A stretch of DNA of 63,140 bases, filler included, from Choristocarpus tenellus KU-1152 (lineage: Eukaryota; Protista; Phaeophyceae): the NCBI GenBank assembly GCA_964200185.2. It is 15 parts of 15 records of this genome, joined end to end, with 100 filler letters (N's around TTAATTAATTAA, not from the genome) between each part and the next. Parts side by side here need not be neighbours in the genome. Positions count along the whole stretch, not along the records: positions 12,698 to 16,961 come from CAXNAD020015411.1; positions 17,062 to 21,029 come from CAXNAD020016865.1; positions 21,130 to 25,662 come from CAXNAD020014119.1; positions 25,763 to 28,325 come from CAXNAD020026745.1; 11 more parts are not named here. The stretch is one strand, 5' to 3'. The notes below the pieces were generated by a model. That model searched no databases and was not told where the DNA came from. It saw only the letters and a program-made list of their open reading frames with translations. The position numbers and the translations under genes were made by a program. This document shows, one piece after another, positions 13,826-27,585 of this stretch. Within the stretch, counting starts at the first letter, position 1; each line of letters begins with the position of its first letter.

Positions 13826-15966
13826 TTATCATCATCACATAATTTATCACATCATTAGTCTCTGAAAGATCCCTGACCCTTAGTCGAAAAGGTAGTTCAT
13901 AAAAGGCAACGCACATAAAAACTCATTTACAAAAGGTAACAAGAACAATAAAAATATAATGGAACTACGCAAAGAAACGAGAAGGAACGAATATTAGAAA
14001 AGACTAGTGTACAACAACACTAGAAGAGAGCAAATTTCTTTTTTGTTTTAAACGGGCATACAAGGTTGGTAATATTAGTACTTTCACTCTATAGTCTGAG
14101 AAGTATCTCCATGTGTGGTCGGAGGCATGACTTACTTCAGTGCGCCCCTAAATTAGTACCAGCATTTTTTGGACTATGAGAACACTTGTACTGCCTACAC
14201 TCATGCCTCGCTTTTTGCTAGAACACTTGTACTGCAAGTCAGACTTGGTCATCCCACCACTCGTTGTCCACTTCATAAAATAATGTGCTTTTTCCCACCT
14301 TGGCATTGCTTGCCACGGAACCCTACCTTGACCCAACACACCCTATGCAAATGTTTGAAAGAGCAAGATAATGCAATCAACGTTTATTTTGAATGCTGTA
14401 ATCTACTATTGGTCTGCTCCTTGAAAAATGTTGAATTGCGGTTTGGTCTCATATCCTTGATTTCCAATCCATGTCTGTGCAATATCTAGGATCTATATAA
14501 ATGTGTTTCTCCTCTTGATAGAAGCTGACATGCCTCCTTTTTCTCCTTACCCCATAAAACAAGCAACCCTTCTCGTTCACGTTTCTCTCACTGTTGTTTC
14601 CAACTATAACGTAGTAGTGCTGTAATCACGAAACTGTAAAATGGAGACCCATTTTCGTCATTCGGACGCACTTTCACGACACGGGATTTTTCGGGACTTC
14701 AAAAAAAGTCGATATGGTTGAGTCTGACTCCGTCTCTACATAGGTAGCTTCATTGTCATGCCGTAAGTGAAGGGCATTGAATTGGTCGAAAATGTGGAGG
14801 CTCTACTAATGTATAACCATTCTGGCATAAATTGATAGTTTCCTTTCAGTTAGTAGGAGAGGAGAGCGGATATTTATTTATTTTATCAACAAAAGGGAAA
14901 GAAATGGAGGCAGAGATACGATGATATCCACTGCTTTGATCTGACAACAATTTAATTACAGTAGTAGATCATGGCTGGTGGTATTTTGTAGAAGTGTCAG
15001 GGGAGAGATCAGACACAGTGAACAAACTAAAAAGCTACAAAAAATGTACAACAATGGTTGTTTCCGATATGATTTGATTAGATCTACACATATTACAGAG
15101 ACCAGTGTAGCCTTGTGCGATTGTTCCATGAAATTATCCAAAATTCATGTATTAAAGTTGTTCAAAAGTTTAGAAAAAGGGTAGTGTCGTTGTCGTGCCA
15201 TGAATCGCCCAGGGGCGAGCTGTGCTTGCTATCTCTTGAAAATCAACCGTCAAACCTGACAAATTTGTCCTTCTATTTATTACGTAACGACCTCCTCACT
15301 CAAAGTAACTAAAGAGATGTCAGGAAGGGAGAACGGAATGGCAACAAAGACGGGAAAAGGGGAATGGGAGTGGTATGGCAGTTGTATGTCCACCACATCT
15401 AGGTTTGTTTTTGGTTTTCCTCCAACGCATATCAACAAAATTTCAGAGGGCAAAATATTACATACATCCACTCCACCCACAATAGTTCCTCCTGATATAC
15501 CCTTTCAACAGATGAAGAAAGGATTTTGGTGTGTAATTGATGTCTACACTGTTTTCTCCCCCATCTACTGTATGTCATTGAGTGTTGTTACTTGAGGAGA
15601 CTGTCAAAACCATCTGTTCTTCACTAAGGATCAATGTTTCCCAATGAGTCGTAATAGCATCCTATCAGGCTCCTGACATTTGAAGATATTATACTATCAT
15701 TTTAATGTTCATTCGCTTGTTGTGTTGATGTAGACGCCAGAAATTCGATTGACTGGGCTCCACGCCTTTGTTGTACCTGAACCTGGAATATTTTTTGTAG
15801 AGAAATCTATGGCTAACTTGACTCAACGAAAGAGCCAGTGAATGCACAACCAGTTGTGGGGCATCCAAGAAGGCATCAAAGTGGAATTGTTAGTCAAGGT
15901 ACAATACGGTAATGGTATGCTTCTTCTGGTGTTGGCTAGAGCTTGCTGTGCACTAACATATCTCAG

Positions 15967-16961
15967 ACTTCCTGGACCAAAGATTCTCACCACACTTCCA
16001 CCTCCCATATCCTTCGTTGAAGGCACTCTTTGGGCTGTATTCTAAACTGCAGTACCAAGTAAGAAACAAGCCAAGGCCAACGTCAACAACACCTTCTCAG
16101 GTCGAAACTTCACTGCATTTGAGACGTCTGTACACATGTTCTCTCTTCATCCCAAACTCCTTGTACCTTGGGTGTGTGTGTACTTACCTTCGCCCAAATA
16201 TCTCCCCAAAACCAACAGGTGGCCTTCCAACAACAGGTGGACTCTCAGTGGAATGTTGCACTGGTTAGTATGGATCAAGCTCGTCTGGTCTTCCAGGTCA
16301 CCATTGCTGACCTGCACTTATGGCTGTTGGAAAAGAGTTTGACAGAGATGGTGGGTACGCCTCCAAGGATCAACGAGTCAATGCAGATGCTTGCAAGAGC
16401 TGCTGAACTAGGAGGAGAACTTGCAGACTCTGGTCATCAGATGGGAAGGTTCTATGAGCGTCTGGAAATAGCTCGTGAGAGAGTAAACTCGGTTGCTGCG
16501 CTACGAGCAGCCAACACTGCCAATGAATTCAACCTGCCCAATCTGGCCAGCAATTTGTCTCCATGTTCTCCACAAAACCACCGGGCTGTTCAGATTTCCA
16601 TTACGGCAGTCCCTGTGGTTGGTGATGATGTGGGTATTGGACTCACAATGGTACGGCAAAGAGCGCTCAAAAACCTGTCCTGGCTCCCCCAGCTTGAGGA
16701 TAACAAGATACATCATACGGTGTCAAAGCGACTGAGCAATCTTATCTCATGGCCGAAGCACCAGAGGCTGCAGACGAAAGGAAATGAGATTCAATCTCAA
16801 CTGGTGTTATCAGGAGTAGAGGACTTCCTCTTCGGCATTGTTGCATCCGTAGATGAGGCGGTAAAAGGGTGGGACACAAATGATGTGAAAAATCTCGTTG
16901 AAGTGGTGGACCTTTACCGAGGTGTGCTGCACTCCTTCCTTGGAACAACCGCTTCAAAGTC
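15967..16961 (+). CDS. Partial large protein of unknown function (exons 15967-16058 and 16219 to contig end), possibly DUF3638/DUF3645-type
   Basis: About 740-nt stop-free exon after an aacag acceptor. The preceding exon (DFLDQRFSPHFHLPYPSLKALFGLYSKLQYQ) joins in phase 0. The family guess is weak recall only. Confidence 0.7.
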
Positions 16962-19498
16962 NNNNNNNNNNNNNNNNNNNNNNNNNNNNNNNNNNNNNNN
17001 NNNNNTTAATTAATTAANNNNNNNNNNNNNNNNNNNNNNNNNNNNNNNNNNNNNNNNNNNNGTGTGTCGTGTGGTTTTTTTTTTGTGTGTGGGAGGTTTG
17101 TTTTGTTTGGTTTTGGGGGGTTGGGGTGGGGGGGGGGAGTGATTCAAGATTTGAAATATGAGAGTTTTTTTTTGTTATTTAGGAAGAAGCACTTTGCGGT
17201 TGGTGGAAGATGATATGGTTTATGGTCGCGATGATCATCTTGTCAAACTGGTGATGTCTTGCATGGAGTAAGAGTAAGAGTAAGAGTTTTTTTGAGGTAC
17301 GAGTTGAGGATCAGAGAAGTTGGACTTAAATTACATTGGCATGTGCTCACCCACCAGGTGCCAACATGCTTAGCTCGCGCTCCATGGCGTTTGTTCCATA
17401 CCCCTTTCAGTCATTTTAGTGTTGCATCGAGGGAGAGAGTAACCCCGTGTCTTGGTACAATGTCAAGGGAGGTGAACCTGTTCGTGCTCCTCTTTGACAT
17501 GCCCGTTGAAGTGGGTGTGGTATGGGAGAGGGTTTTATTTTTATTTTTGAGGTTGTGTTCTCATTGGTGGATGACCTGATGCTACACTACTATACACTAC
17601 TAATCCTGTTCTACCACCTCGGGTTAATATAATGATGAATACTACTACCTACCTTTTCTGACACTGATCTCCTATATTTTTTGTTATTTTTTATGTTTTT
17701 ATTTTATTGTAGTATGTAATGTAGTTTTTAAGAATCAAATATTGATGAGACTATTGTACCAATGGGGCAGACACAGCTTTTGCACTGGACCAATTAGCTC
17801 ACTCCACACGGTGTGGGAGGATATTAATGGAGTGTGAGGGAGAGCCCAGGTAACGGACTTGATACTTTATGAAGGTTGGATTGACTTGACCAATGGGGTG
17901 AGGCCTCACGTTTAAAGTTGGGTAGAACCTTGTCCTCTGATTAATGTCAACTGTATGTGTGTGTATGTGTATAAATACCACTGTTGAGGTAAGTTTCCTG
18001 AATGACTAGACGGCTTGTCAAGTTGGCTTGTCCAGGTTTATCCCTCTGTTCGGGACAAACAAGTGATAATGCCATAACCAGTTCATGCAGGAAAGGGAGC
18101 AGTAACTTATTCCAATGATGTTAGTTGCTATCTCTCTCAATGATGGTAATCACTATCTCCCTCAATGGTGGCAATTGCTATCTCTCTCTATCTATCTATC
18201 TCTTATCTTGCCCTTGTATCTCATATATCAGATATCCGAATGCTGATTTCCCCTGCATTAACTAAGAAGAGATCAAGTTTTAGTCTATTGCAATCAACAA
18301 GTACTTTTAATGCGATCTCTTGCGTCTGTTGTGAGCACAAGAAGGCGTTACTGTGGTATGTCTTGAGTTTATATCATCATGACAATCACCTCGTATGTCT
18401 TGAGTTTGATTTATCGGAAATACAGACAAATTGGAAAAAACTGAATCAAAAAGGTTTCGATATTTGTTTTTTTTATTAGTCCAAGCAGAAGCTTGACCAC
18501 CAAATGTATCCAAGATCACCAACTATATCCAAGATCATAGAAGAACCGCATGCTCCTCACACTGTGTCACTACCCACAACTCACCACAAATGTCATAGTA
18601 CTTCATGGCTTTGGGTGTGTTTTCCATGACCTGTGCAGTCTTTGGAGTCTGTTTGCCCTTGTAGAGTCACATGCCAGTTGGATGCATTGCCATACTTCAC
18701 AAGCCTTTGCCTTTCAGTGTCAACATTTTGGTTCAAAACTGTCTGATTCTATTTCATTCAGCTATCTGATTCTCTTTAATTCAATTGGATTTTTTTTTTC
18801 TGTAGCCAAAATGTAGTGGTAGTCACAATTTAGTTTTGTTCATAACACTACAAGATATACCAATGTCTACATACATATATATATATAAGTGTGTATGGAT
18901 GGATGGATGGATGAAGGGATAAGTATATACGTGTATGTGTGTATGTGTATATATATATATTTATTCTTGTGTATCATTTTTTTTATTGATTCATGTCACG
19001 TAGGAAATCAAAGAATGGGGGTTATTTTGTCACTTAGAACCTTTGGTTGTCAAAGTGAAAGCCTATTTTTGTTACATGACTTTAATATATATATATACAT
19101 ATTTAGGTATAGTGGCCTGTGCATTCCCCTTGCATGTGACTTTTTTTTATCTATTGTGATTGTTATCTCTGATACCCTTTTTCCTCTCTTTCCCCTACTT
19201 TCTTTTCAAGATTAAGAATCGACCTCTTTTTATCCTTTTTGTATTTTTTCGTACACTAAAAACAAGTCGATTCGTTCGTTCTTTCTCAAGAAGAAGAAAA
19301 AAAGAATTTGAGCTTTTTTTTTGTACAGGTTATACAGCTTTTTTAAAATCAATATAACAGTATCATCGGCAATAGTTTCAATGAGTGGAAGAATGAGGCT
19401 CCCAGTTGGGTGAGGCATCAGTGTTATCCTGTGATGATACAGTGCCAAAGAGTACAGACTGTGGTAGAGTTATCATGATATTCAGCGATACAATGATT

Positions 19499-19629
19499 AG
19501 TTCCTTTACGGGTGTAGATGAGAATTGACCCGTATTTCAGTTCCTTTACGGGTGTAGATGAGAATTGACCCGTATTTCAGTTCCTTTACGGGTGTGGATG
19601 AGAATTGACCCGCATTTCAGTTCCTTTAC
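19499..19629. repeat. Tandem repeat, 3.25 x 40 bp
   Basis: Unit AGTTCCTTTACGGGTGTAGATGAGAATTGACCCGTATTTC; the first two units are identical. Confidence 0.95.
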
Positions 19630-19799
19630 ATCGTTGAAGGTTATTTCAACGACAGGATACACCTAGCCATTCCCAGTAGCCAAGACACCACAAGGTTGTC
19701 AAATCCTCATCCTTCTCCTCTGACACGACACCCTTCTGCTTCCAAATCCATACACCTCCCCTGTAGACTTACTTGCCCCCCTGACACCCCTGACAAACG

Positions 19800-19800
<1 letters not shown>

Positions 19801-19835
<35 letters not shown>
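19801..19835. repeat. (TG)n microsatellite; another at 55071-55101; (TAG)n at ~13793-13825
   Basis: Direct reading. Confidence 0.95.
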
Positions 19836-19838
<3 letters not shown>

Positions 19839-21178
19839 ATGTGGTAGTATCAAGCACAGCGTGGGTCAAAAGTCAAGGACCTGGCAACTATCTGCAGGTT
19901 TATCTGCAGCAAGGGCATTCAGTGGAACCTACGAAAGAGGGTTGACATCCCAGTCAAGCTTCTGGGATAGCCCTAGGGGATACCAGACACTGGTGAAACA
20001 TCAGAAGAGAGAAGAGAGTGTTAATTTCTACTCCTGACTTGAGGGGCTTGTGGTTCCTAGTCTCAGCCAGCGCTGATTGTACAAACAAATTGTGCGTCAC
20101 TGTGATTGGAGACATTAGGATATTAGGAGGGGGGGGAGAGAGGGGCCGATAGAGATTGGCCCTGGTCATGTCATGGTTAGCTAGTTGTACCTGGTTAGCC
20201 CAGTTGTACCTGGTGCATATAGGGAAGTTTGCAGGCGAGAGGGATGAGACCAGCTTTTCTTGTTACTTGTGCGATATTTCTTTGGTCATCACTGATGGAT
20301 ATTATGGTTTGGGGGGATTGAGGCAATGGAAGATTACATACTATAGGTGGGAGGTGCTGTTTTGTTTCTCTTTGACATTTAATCATATTAGATTGCATTA
20401 TCTAGTGGGGGGGGGGAGGGGAAGGGACTACTGTATACTTCTGAAGTATGCCATCAAGTTGGATATGTAGATACATAAATGCATCCATATTTGGTTTCTA
20501 TTTGTTTTTGTAGAATTTTCCATGCCTGTTGTCTGCACTGGTTGTGCCTTTCTGTGAACCAGATACTCCTGTCGTAGATGCTTGACATGAGTTGGTACCC
20601 AAAAATGAGGATTTTTTGGGACTGTGGTTATTTTCTATTGTGCATTCACTATTCCTGACTTGCCATGGGAACCCGAAGTGGAAGTCACTGTCAACCCCCT
20701 ACTCTAATGTTTTTGTAGTCACCTCCAAGAGAGGCTGCTTGAATGTTTTGTGCATGTGTGCTTGTGCATGTTTGGGTTTGGCACACAAAGGTTTTCTGTT
20801 GTTTTTCAAGTTGTCATATTGTGAAGTTTTTAGAAAGGAACAAACTCCATTTTTGGTATGTACTGTTTGGTGCTTGTACATACAACAGTACATTAATTTT
20901 TAAATGGTACCCCTTTCCGCAATTTCAACTTTCACTTTATAACAGTATATATCTGATCCACCACGACCTTTACTCACCCATCCTATTCTTCCTCAACTAG
21001 AGCCTGTCCCTTCTACATGTAACAGCCTCNNNNNNNNNNNNNNNNNNNNNNNNNNNNNNNNNNNNNNNNNNNNTTAATTAATTAANNNNNNNNNNNNNNN
21101 NNNNNNNNNNNNNNNNNNNNNNNNNNNNNAAAGGGTGAAAATGGACACCGACACCCCCCCCACAGATACTTTGACCTT

Positions 21179-21694
21179 GTAAGAGGCAGATTTTGGTGGC
21201 TGACCTTGCATAAAGATGTTAGGAATTGGTGTGAAACTTGCTAGTCATGTCAGAGACGGAAGAGCTCCCATACTCCTACTTCACTACCCACAGGACACAT
21301 GCCTGTTGTACATCCATTTCAATGGCTCACTATTGACCTTGTTACATATAAGACCACATCAGACTGTGTAAAATATTTGATATCCACCGTAAACCATACT
21401 ATAAAACTCGCAATCTTTGTTAGCACAGTAAATAAACATCAAAAAAACTTAGCTGAAGCTCATGACGATGGTCTTTTTTCCATTTTTTGCCCCCCTGAAA
21501 CACTCCACTCTGACCAAGGTAAAGGATTTGATAATAATAAACTCCTGGTAGAGGAACAGAAAGTGCTTGGTTATCACAAAACCGAGACTATGGCATATCG
21601 ACCCCAAGGCAGTAGCATATGCGAAAGAATTAATTCTGCGATGCATGGTATATTGGCCATGCACTCGAATATGCTCCAATCTGTGGCTGAATAA
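21179..21694 (+). mobile_element. Ty3/Gypsy integrase fragment, inactivated
   Basis: RFWWLTLHKDVRNWCETC*SCQRRK (zinc finger), PFQWLTIDL, PETLHSDQGKGF and AYRPQGSSICERIN (rve core); in-frame stop. Confidence 0.9.
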
Positions 21695-21790
21695 TCCATA
21701 AGATGAACAACATGGTCGGAGCAGGGCAGGCATGCGTGATGCCAACAGAATGGTACCCGAACAATTCTATCTCCTACATGCCTCCAAACC

Positions 21791-22053
21791 GAGTCAAAGT
21801 ATCTTAGAGGGTAGGGCCGCGTCCATTTGGGGGCCAAAATCCAATGTTGCGATTTTGATGTGATTTTGGCTATTATCGTATTTGTTAGGAAGTGTCGATA
21901 TCCTTTTTCCTGACACACCGTTTCATAAGGTATACCTTTTATCTACTCCGAAAATACTTTGGAGTAGGAAGATTACATAAAAATACCCATGGGGAGCCAA
22001 GCCCCAAATGGACAAACAGGGCAAAACTGGTACCCTCTAAGATACTTTCACTC
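21791..22053 (+). mobile_element. MITE family A copy 4
   Basis: Near-perfect 23-bp TIRs, 4-bp TSD AACC. Confidence 0.93.
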
Positions 22054-23165
22054 AACCACTGTGCAAATAATTCTTAGCACATTAGCATAACATGGCTAGT
22101 GCCAATCTGTGTAGACGGCGGTCGTCAATCAGTGCAAAGGGGATACTCTTGAAAGGTTGTAGTCTTCTGAGTGAGTTACTTTATGACTGTACATCTGTAT
22201 CAATTGGAAGAACAGGGCACCTTATGAAACGCTGCACATAAGCATCCTGTTTTTTTTGGCTTGGCAGTTTTTTCACTCATTCATTCTGAAAGAGGTGATG
22301 ATCCAATATTATCACATTCATCTGGAAGCACACACAGTTAAGTAGAGGCAACTGCCGGGGTAGGGTCAAGCAACCAACGTTTGGACCTTATATACCACTA
22401 GGAAGAAATTTTACTCTGGGCACTTGTCAAGTCTTCAAGACAGAGCACATATAACACATTACAGGGCACGAATAAGAAGTTCACAAACTGAAGCGAGCCT
22501 TAGAGGCTCCAGGATACTTCCGTGCTCTCAACAAGTGTGTGCATTGTGCAGCAGCAAGTCCGCATGTGTCTGCATGATTTGGTAGCCTCTTCAACTCATA
22601 GCTCCATCCGGTTGACTTCCAGGATACATATGACTGGTCTGTGCCACCAACGGAAGAAGATCAAAAGTACTTTAAGCAGTGGGACTACGTCAGTATGCAC
22701 ACGCTCAAGATTGAATTAGGTGTTGCAAATGAGATGGCAATACACGACCAAAACTTCAAGGTGAGACAAACGGAATCATTGAGCAGAGGAGACGAACTTA
22801 CATGCCTATTCAAAATACTCCAGCTTAGATGCTACCCTTACACGTGATACTGTTTGGGATAGGTTTGAAATTGGGTGTACTCAGGTCCAGATGTAGAAAC
22901 GTAGACATTCCACACAAGAAAAATGTTGAATGGGGATCCTTTGTTGATCTCCTTGGTCATTTTCAGTCGACACTTCTTGGGTATATTTCAAAGACCCTGT
23001 TTGCACAACGATTTGTGCTCACTTTCAGACTGGAATGGTTGGACCAGTCCTCCTTCATCTCCATTGTTTGTTCACATGGGTCAAGCAGTATGTGCACCGT
23101 ATGTGCACTGGCATAATCGACCTCTCTTTGGATCTAACAACACATATAGACTGTTATTATCATGT

Positions 23166-23335
23166 GGCTCAAAGTATCTGGGGGGGGTGGCGACTGTCCA
23201 TTTGTGGCCAATTTTTTCAAGTCGCGATTTTTGGGTGATTTGGTTCCATACATTATATGGATAATGAGAGTGCACTTTTCCTGGTTTTGACCCAAATGGA
23301 CGCTCTCGTGTAGACCCCCCCATATACTTTGGGTC
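23166..23335 (+). mobile_element. MITE family B copy (~170 bp)
   Basis: GGCTCAAAGTATCTG(n)...CCCCCATATACTTTGGGTC, 3-bp TSD TGT. Confidence 0.88.
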
Positions 23336-24856
23336 TGTCTCACTGTTGTTTAAACAACAATAAGAAGAAATCTTTATGCTTCGGTAATGCTTTGTTTCCC
23401 CTCATTTGGCTTCTACATAGACACTACCGAGCAAACTAAGAAAAGTCTTGCTAGACTGTCAAATGATTATTGTGTAGATATGATCCACGGGATAAACATC
23501 AGGTCATTTGTTCAACTCTGTTGTATATCAAAATACATTCTCAAACGAATTCACACGACCAAAACAACGCTTCAACTTTGTTGATTTTGCCGCAGGTTGA
23601 TTGTGCATGAGGGCATCAAAATAATTGCCGAGTTCTTGCTGACTTGCCGGTCTATGGGATGAACAGATCGCAACTTACTACTCAATAGTATTTTTAAGTA
23701 GTGATACATATTCGACTTTTCCGCCTTGACGAAAAGAAAAGCAAGTGGCCATCTCTCAACCCCAACTCATAACTATCCTTGCAATACGCACACCAATCGG
23801 CATTACACTCTTGTCGCTCTCTTTTGGCTCTGATTGTACACACACTTTCCCCTAGGTCCGTCAGATGCTGGGGGAGGACAATGAACCCAAGTCCAATAAC
23901 CATCAACGAGGACTGATAAAAATTCCTCCTATGATTGGACGGAGAATGAGCAGTCGGGGTGCATTAGCCTTGAATTCTTTAGCCCATCGCAAATCAGTGA
24001 TGACTGATCCACCAGGAGGGGGTTAGAAGGGGTGGAGAGTGGCATGAAGCAGTAAAATAGGTAGTATTAGATAATTAGGCAGCTTTGAACTCTTCACCAG
24101 CTTGCATGCGTTCAATTCATAGGCCTGGACCATACTTTTTTCTACAGTGGGTACATTTTGTTGGTCTGTTCATCGTCCTGAAGAGATTCATTCCCTTCAC
24201 AAAACGAAGGGCGAAAGCTTCTGATGGGAATGTTTTAATTTTCCTTCCTTCCATAGTGTTGGTTGTTAGGGACAACTAACTACAGCTCTTGCAAAACATG
24301 ATATCTACAAAAGTCAACATCACGAAAGAGCATTCTCAAAAAAAAAAATGCAACGTTAGTGTTCTTGCAATATTTTCAATGCAAATAATATTTTGTCGAT
24401 GGCTACACCAAACAACAGAAACATGATGAAACTAGTCTCGACCAAGATGTGCTCCTTTATTATCATATAGCAACTCTTCGTAGGTACGTTCATTTGTTTG
24501 ATTTTGCAGAAGATACATAATAAATAAAGGCAGTAGCAGAACAGTTGATGAGATGGAGAATTTCCGTCCTCTCACTATGAACGTTTTCACCACGCTACGC
24601 GCCTACTATACTGGGAAGTATGTAATTAATAGTCAATAGCAGTCACAGTAATCGATAAAAAATGGCATCTTAATTAATAAATACAAGCACTCTATAGTTC
24701 CATCACAACCAATTATGCTCTCTTTTTTTTGTCCGATTTTCAAGAAAACATCTAGTTGGTGACATGGCAGGGCGCGAGCAATTTTTATGGCAAACCGTTA
24801 CAAGTAGGGTTTGACATGGATGAAGAGTTCTGTATCTACCTACCCTATCTTGCTTG

Positions 24857-25119
24857 GAGTGAAAATATCTTAAAAGGTACGAGTTTTGCCCTGTTTATCC
24901 ACTTGGGCCATGGCTTCCCACGGATTTTTTATGACATTTTATCTACCCCGAAAGCATTTCAGAGTAGGTTATATACATACGTCATTAAAATGTGTGTCCG
25001 TAAAAAGGATATTGACACTTCCTAACAAACACAATAGCCAAAATTACATCAAAATCGCAACATTGGATTTTGGCCCCCAAATGGACGCGGCTCTACTACC
25101 CTCTAAGATAATTTGACTC
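24857..25119 (-). mobile_element. MITE family A copy 5
   Basis: Inverted copy, 3-bp TSD TTG. Confidence 0.92.
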
Positions 25120-25994
25120 TTGGATTCATATTGGGTAACATGTTGGGGCAACTTACAATTGATGAACGCGGATTATTGGGGATCGTTCTACACGTCTTAG
25201 AAACACAGCCATAAATGAACTGCTTTACCGACTTGACCTTGCAAGGAACAACGCTTTGTCTGGACAAAGTGCGTAAATTCTAGATAGAATGGAATGCATG
25301 TTACAGGCGAATAGCGAGCGTTTCTTCTTGTATTTCAACGAAGTGCAAGCATTTGTTACACACGCGAATAGCGTGAGCATTTTATCATCATGTTTAGGAA
25401 ATACGAACAATTGTAACAGACGTACAGTGTAAGGATTATTTCTCGAGTTCTGACAAGTACGAACTATATACTATATTAGTAACACATAGGTAGCCTTACA
25501 GAATGAGTGATTATCTTAAGAAGATGCAGAGAAAGATTCGGAATACCTACGTAACATTACAGAGCACTAAGAAGTTGAAGAATAAAGGCTTATGATTGGA
25601 GTACCTATAGAGTAGTTGATAGAAGAACAACGAAATTGGGTTGATGAGGAAAATAATAAGAGNNNNNNNNNNNNNNNNNNNNNNNNNNNNNNNNNNNNNN
25701 NNNNNNTTAATTAATTAANNNNNNNNNNNNNNNNNNNNNNNNNNNNNNNNNNNNNNNNNNNNCAAGTCTACAAGGGGTACCAAACATGTCGAGGTGCGCC
25801 GGCGCGTGGATTGATAGTCTGAAATTAGGTTGATTGTGATTGTAATCGAATTGTCTTTCTGCACTGTCTGCTGATGAGGATCATGATTGGATTTTTTTTT
25901 TATTTTGCGCGCATTTCTGTTGTACCGTAATGTCTATACTGTGTACTGTAGTATCATGAGTTGCCATTTTGCTCGTAGAGGTACCTACCACAAG

Positions 25995-26455
25995 ATGTCC
26001 CTATATAATAATGAGGATCTCTCTAATGCTCTTGACGCTGTGCACCTCGGACCCGGCGGAAAGCCGTCTCAGGCTTCCATCAAAGCAGCAAGAGCGTGGA
26101 TCGGTGTGGAAGACAACGATGAGGTAGCCAATGCAATACTGAAGGACATGAAACACCAGCTACTAGAAATTCTTTTACCAGTCAGACAATGAAAGTTCGG
26201 GGTGACAAGGATACGGTGTGGGAGGGAGCAGCACATCGGGGGTCGCGAGGAAAGAAGGCAGCCTCTTTAGTGTTCTCGATTCCTCCACCATCGTACTCTC
26301 AAGTAGCTGACGAGTTTCCAAGCTTAGAAACAACCATCAAAGAGTGAAGCATGAGCGATGTTTCTTACCATATCCGTAAAGCAAAGCTGGCTTGGCTTAG
26401 CAAAATCGGGGCAAGGGCAATCAAACAAGCGGAAATTCGATATTTTTTTGGGAGT
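25995..26455 (+). mobile_element. C-terminal remnant of a pogo/Tigger-like transposase
   Basis: AWIGVEDNDEV...PPPSYSQVADEFPSLE...MSDVSYHIRKAKLAW...KQAEIRYFF with stops; resembles algal pogo-like C-termini (recall). Confidence 0.45.
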
Positions 26456-27206
26456 CGCAATTTTTTTATCAGCAAAAAAGTTGTTTTACTCAGTGCTTGC
26501 GATGGAAGATGCATGGCTGTGCAGCTACATTTGATCCCACGGTGGTGTTTTTGATACTGTACTGTATATTATCCTTGTAGAGAGCAATTGAATATGTAGG
26601 GTGGGGCATTGGAGGGAGATTGACTTTGAACGTTGATTTGATTTGAACTGCGAGTCATCTGTCCAGCCATCCAACGGCTTGCGGATGCATTTCTTGGGAA
26701 CGTGTACTATATGTATGAATGGATACATCGTAACGAGTGTAATTTTACCCAAGTTACAGTACTATATGCTAATGACACTGGTATACCGTGGAGGGGTGGT
26801 GTAGATGTGGTGCTTGCTGCACCACCATAGCTCCATTAAAATGGGCTCACCGAGGGCAATGTTCCATACATATCTACATGTAACTACTCTTGAAGGCACA
26901 TGGGAAGCACATACAGCAAGGGCTTCGCTCTGCCGTCGTTCAGAAAAAGTATTAAGTGCTTATGAGTACTTTTGCTCGATATAAAATAGGTTTCTCTTGT
27001 TACGATCCCTCGATTTAAGAGAAAAATCGCTCTTATATGCAATAAGAGAGGAACGGGATATAAAAGAGGGGCGCAGCTTGCCCCTACCCTCCTTATATAG
27101 GTACACCGACTGTACATAATTGTTACACAATTGGAAATGTGTGTGGTTTGAACAAAAAGAAAACAAAAATTGATTATTATTACACCTTGAACACCAACGT
27201 GAGTAT

Positions 27207-27500
27207 TTGTTCAACCCCAACACCTTTGGGGTGGAAAGTTTTGGACACCTCGGTAAGCAAGCAAAGAGTTTTCTGGATGAGTTGGCTACGCACACGGTAG
27301 GGGGGAGAGGGACGGGACGGGACAGCAGGAAAGGAGCTATCAAATCTTGTTTACGACGGATAGTGTCTGTTACAACACAAGCGGCTCTATCAAGATGTCA
27401 CGTGTTTTAAGCTGGAGACACCTGGGAGACGAGCAAGGAGGGGTCTGTCAAATTCTTGGGATGCTCCCCTAGCTCCTCGTCCTGTGGTGTAGGGTTAAGC
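27207..27500 (+). mobile_element. 3' fragment of a CRE/RLE-type non-LTR retrotransposon, copy 1
   Basis: FGVESFGHLGKQAKSFLDELATHTVGG...RKGAIKSCLRRIVSVTTQAALSR has the ES.G.LG motif of restriction-like endonuclease C-termini. Confidence 0.7.
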
Positions 27501-27585
27501 TAGGTTGGAGGCATAGGAGAGGAGTTGTGTGGCATAGCTGCTAGTCAAATAGTAAATAGATTTATAGAATATCTTTGGCATATTT

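Noticed and set aside
19499-19629. CRISPR array (also considered for 7419-7581)
   Set aside because: Units are contiguous with no unique spacers, there are no cas genes, and the context is eukaryotic.
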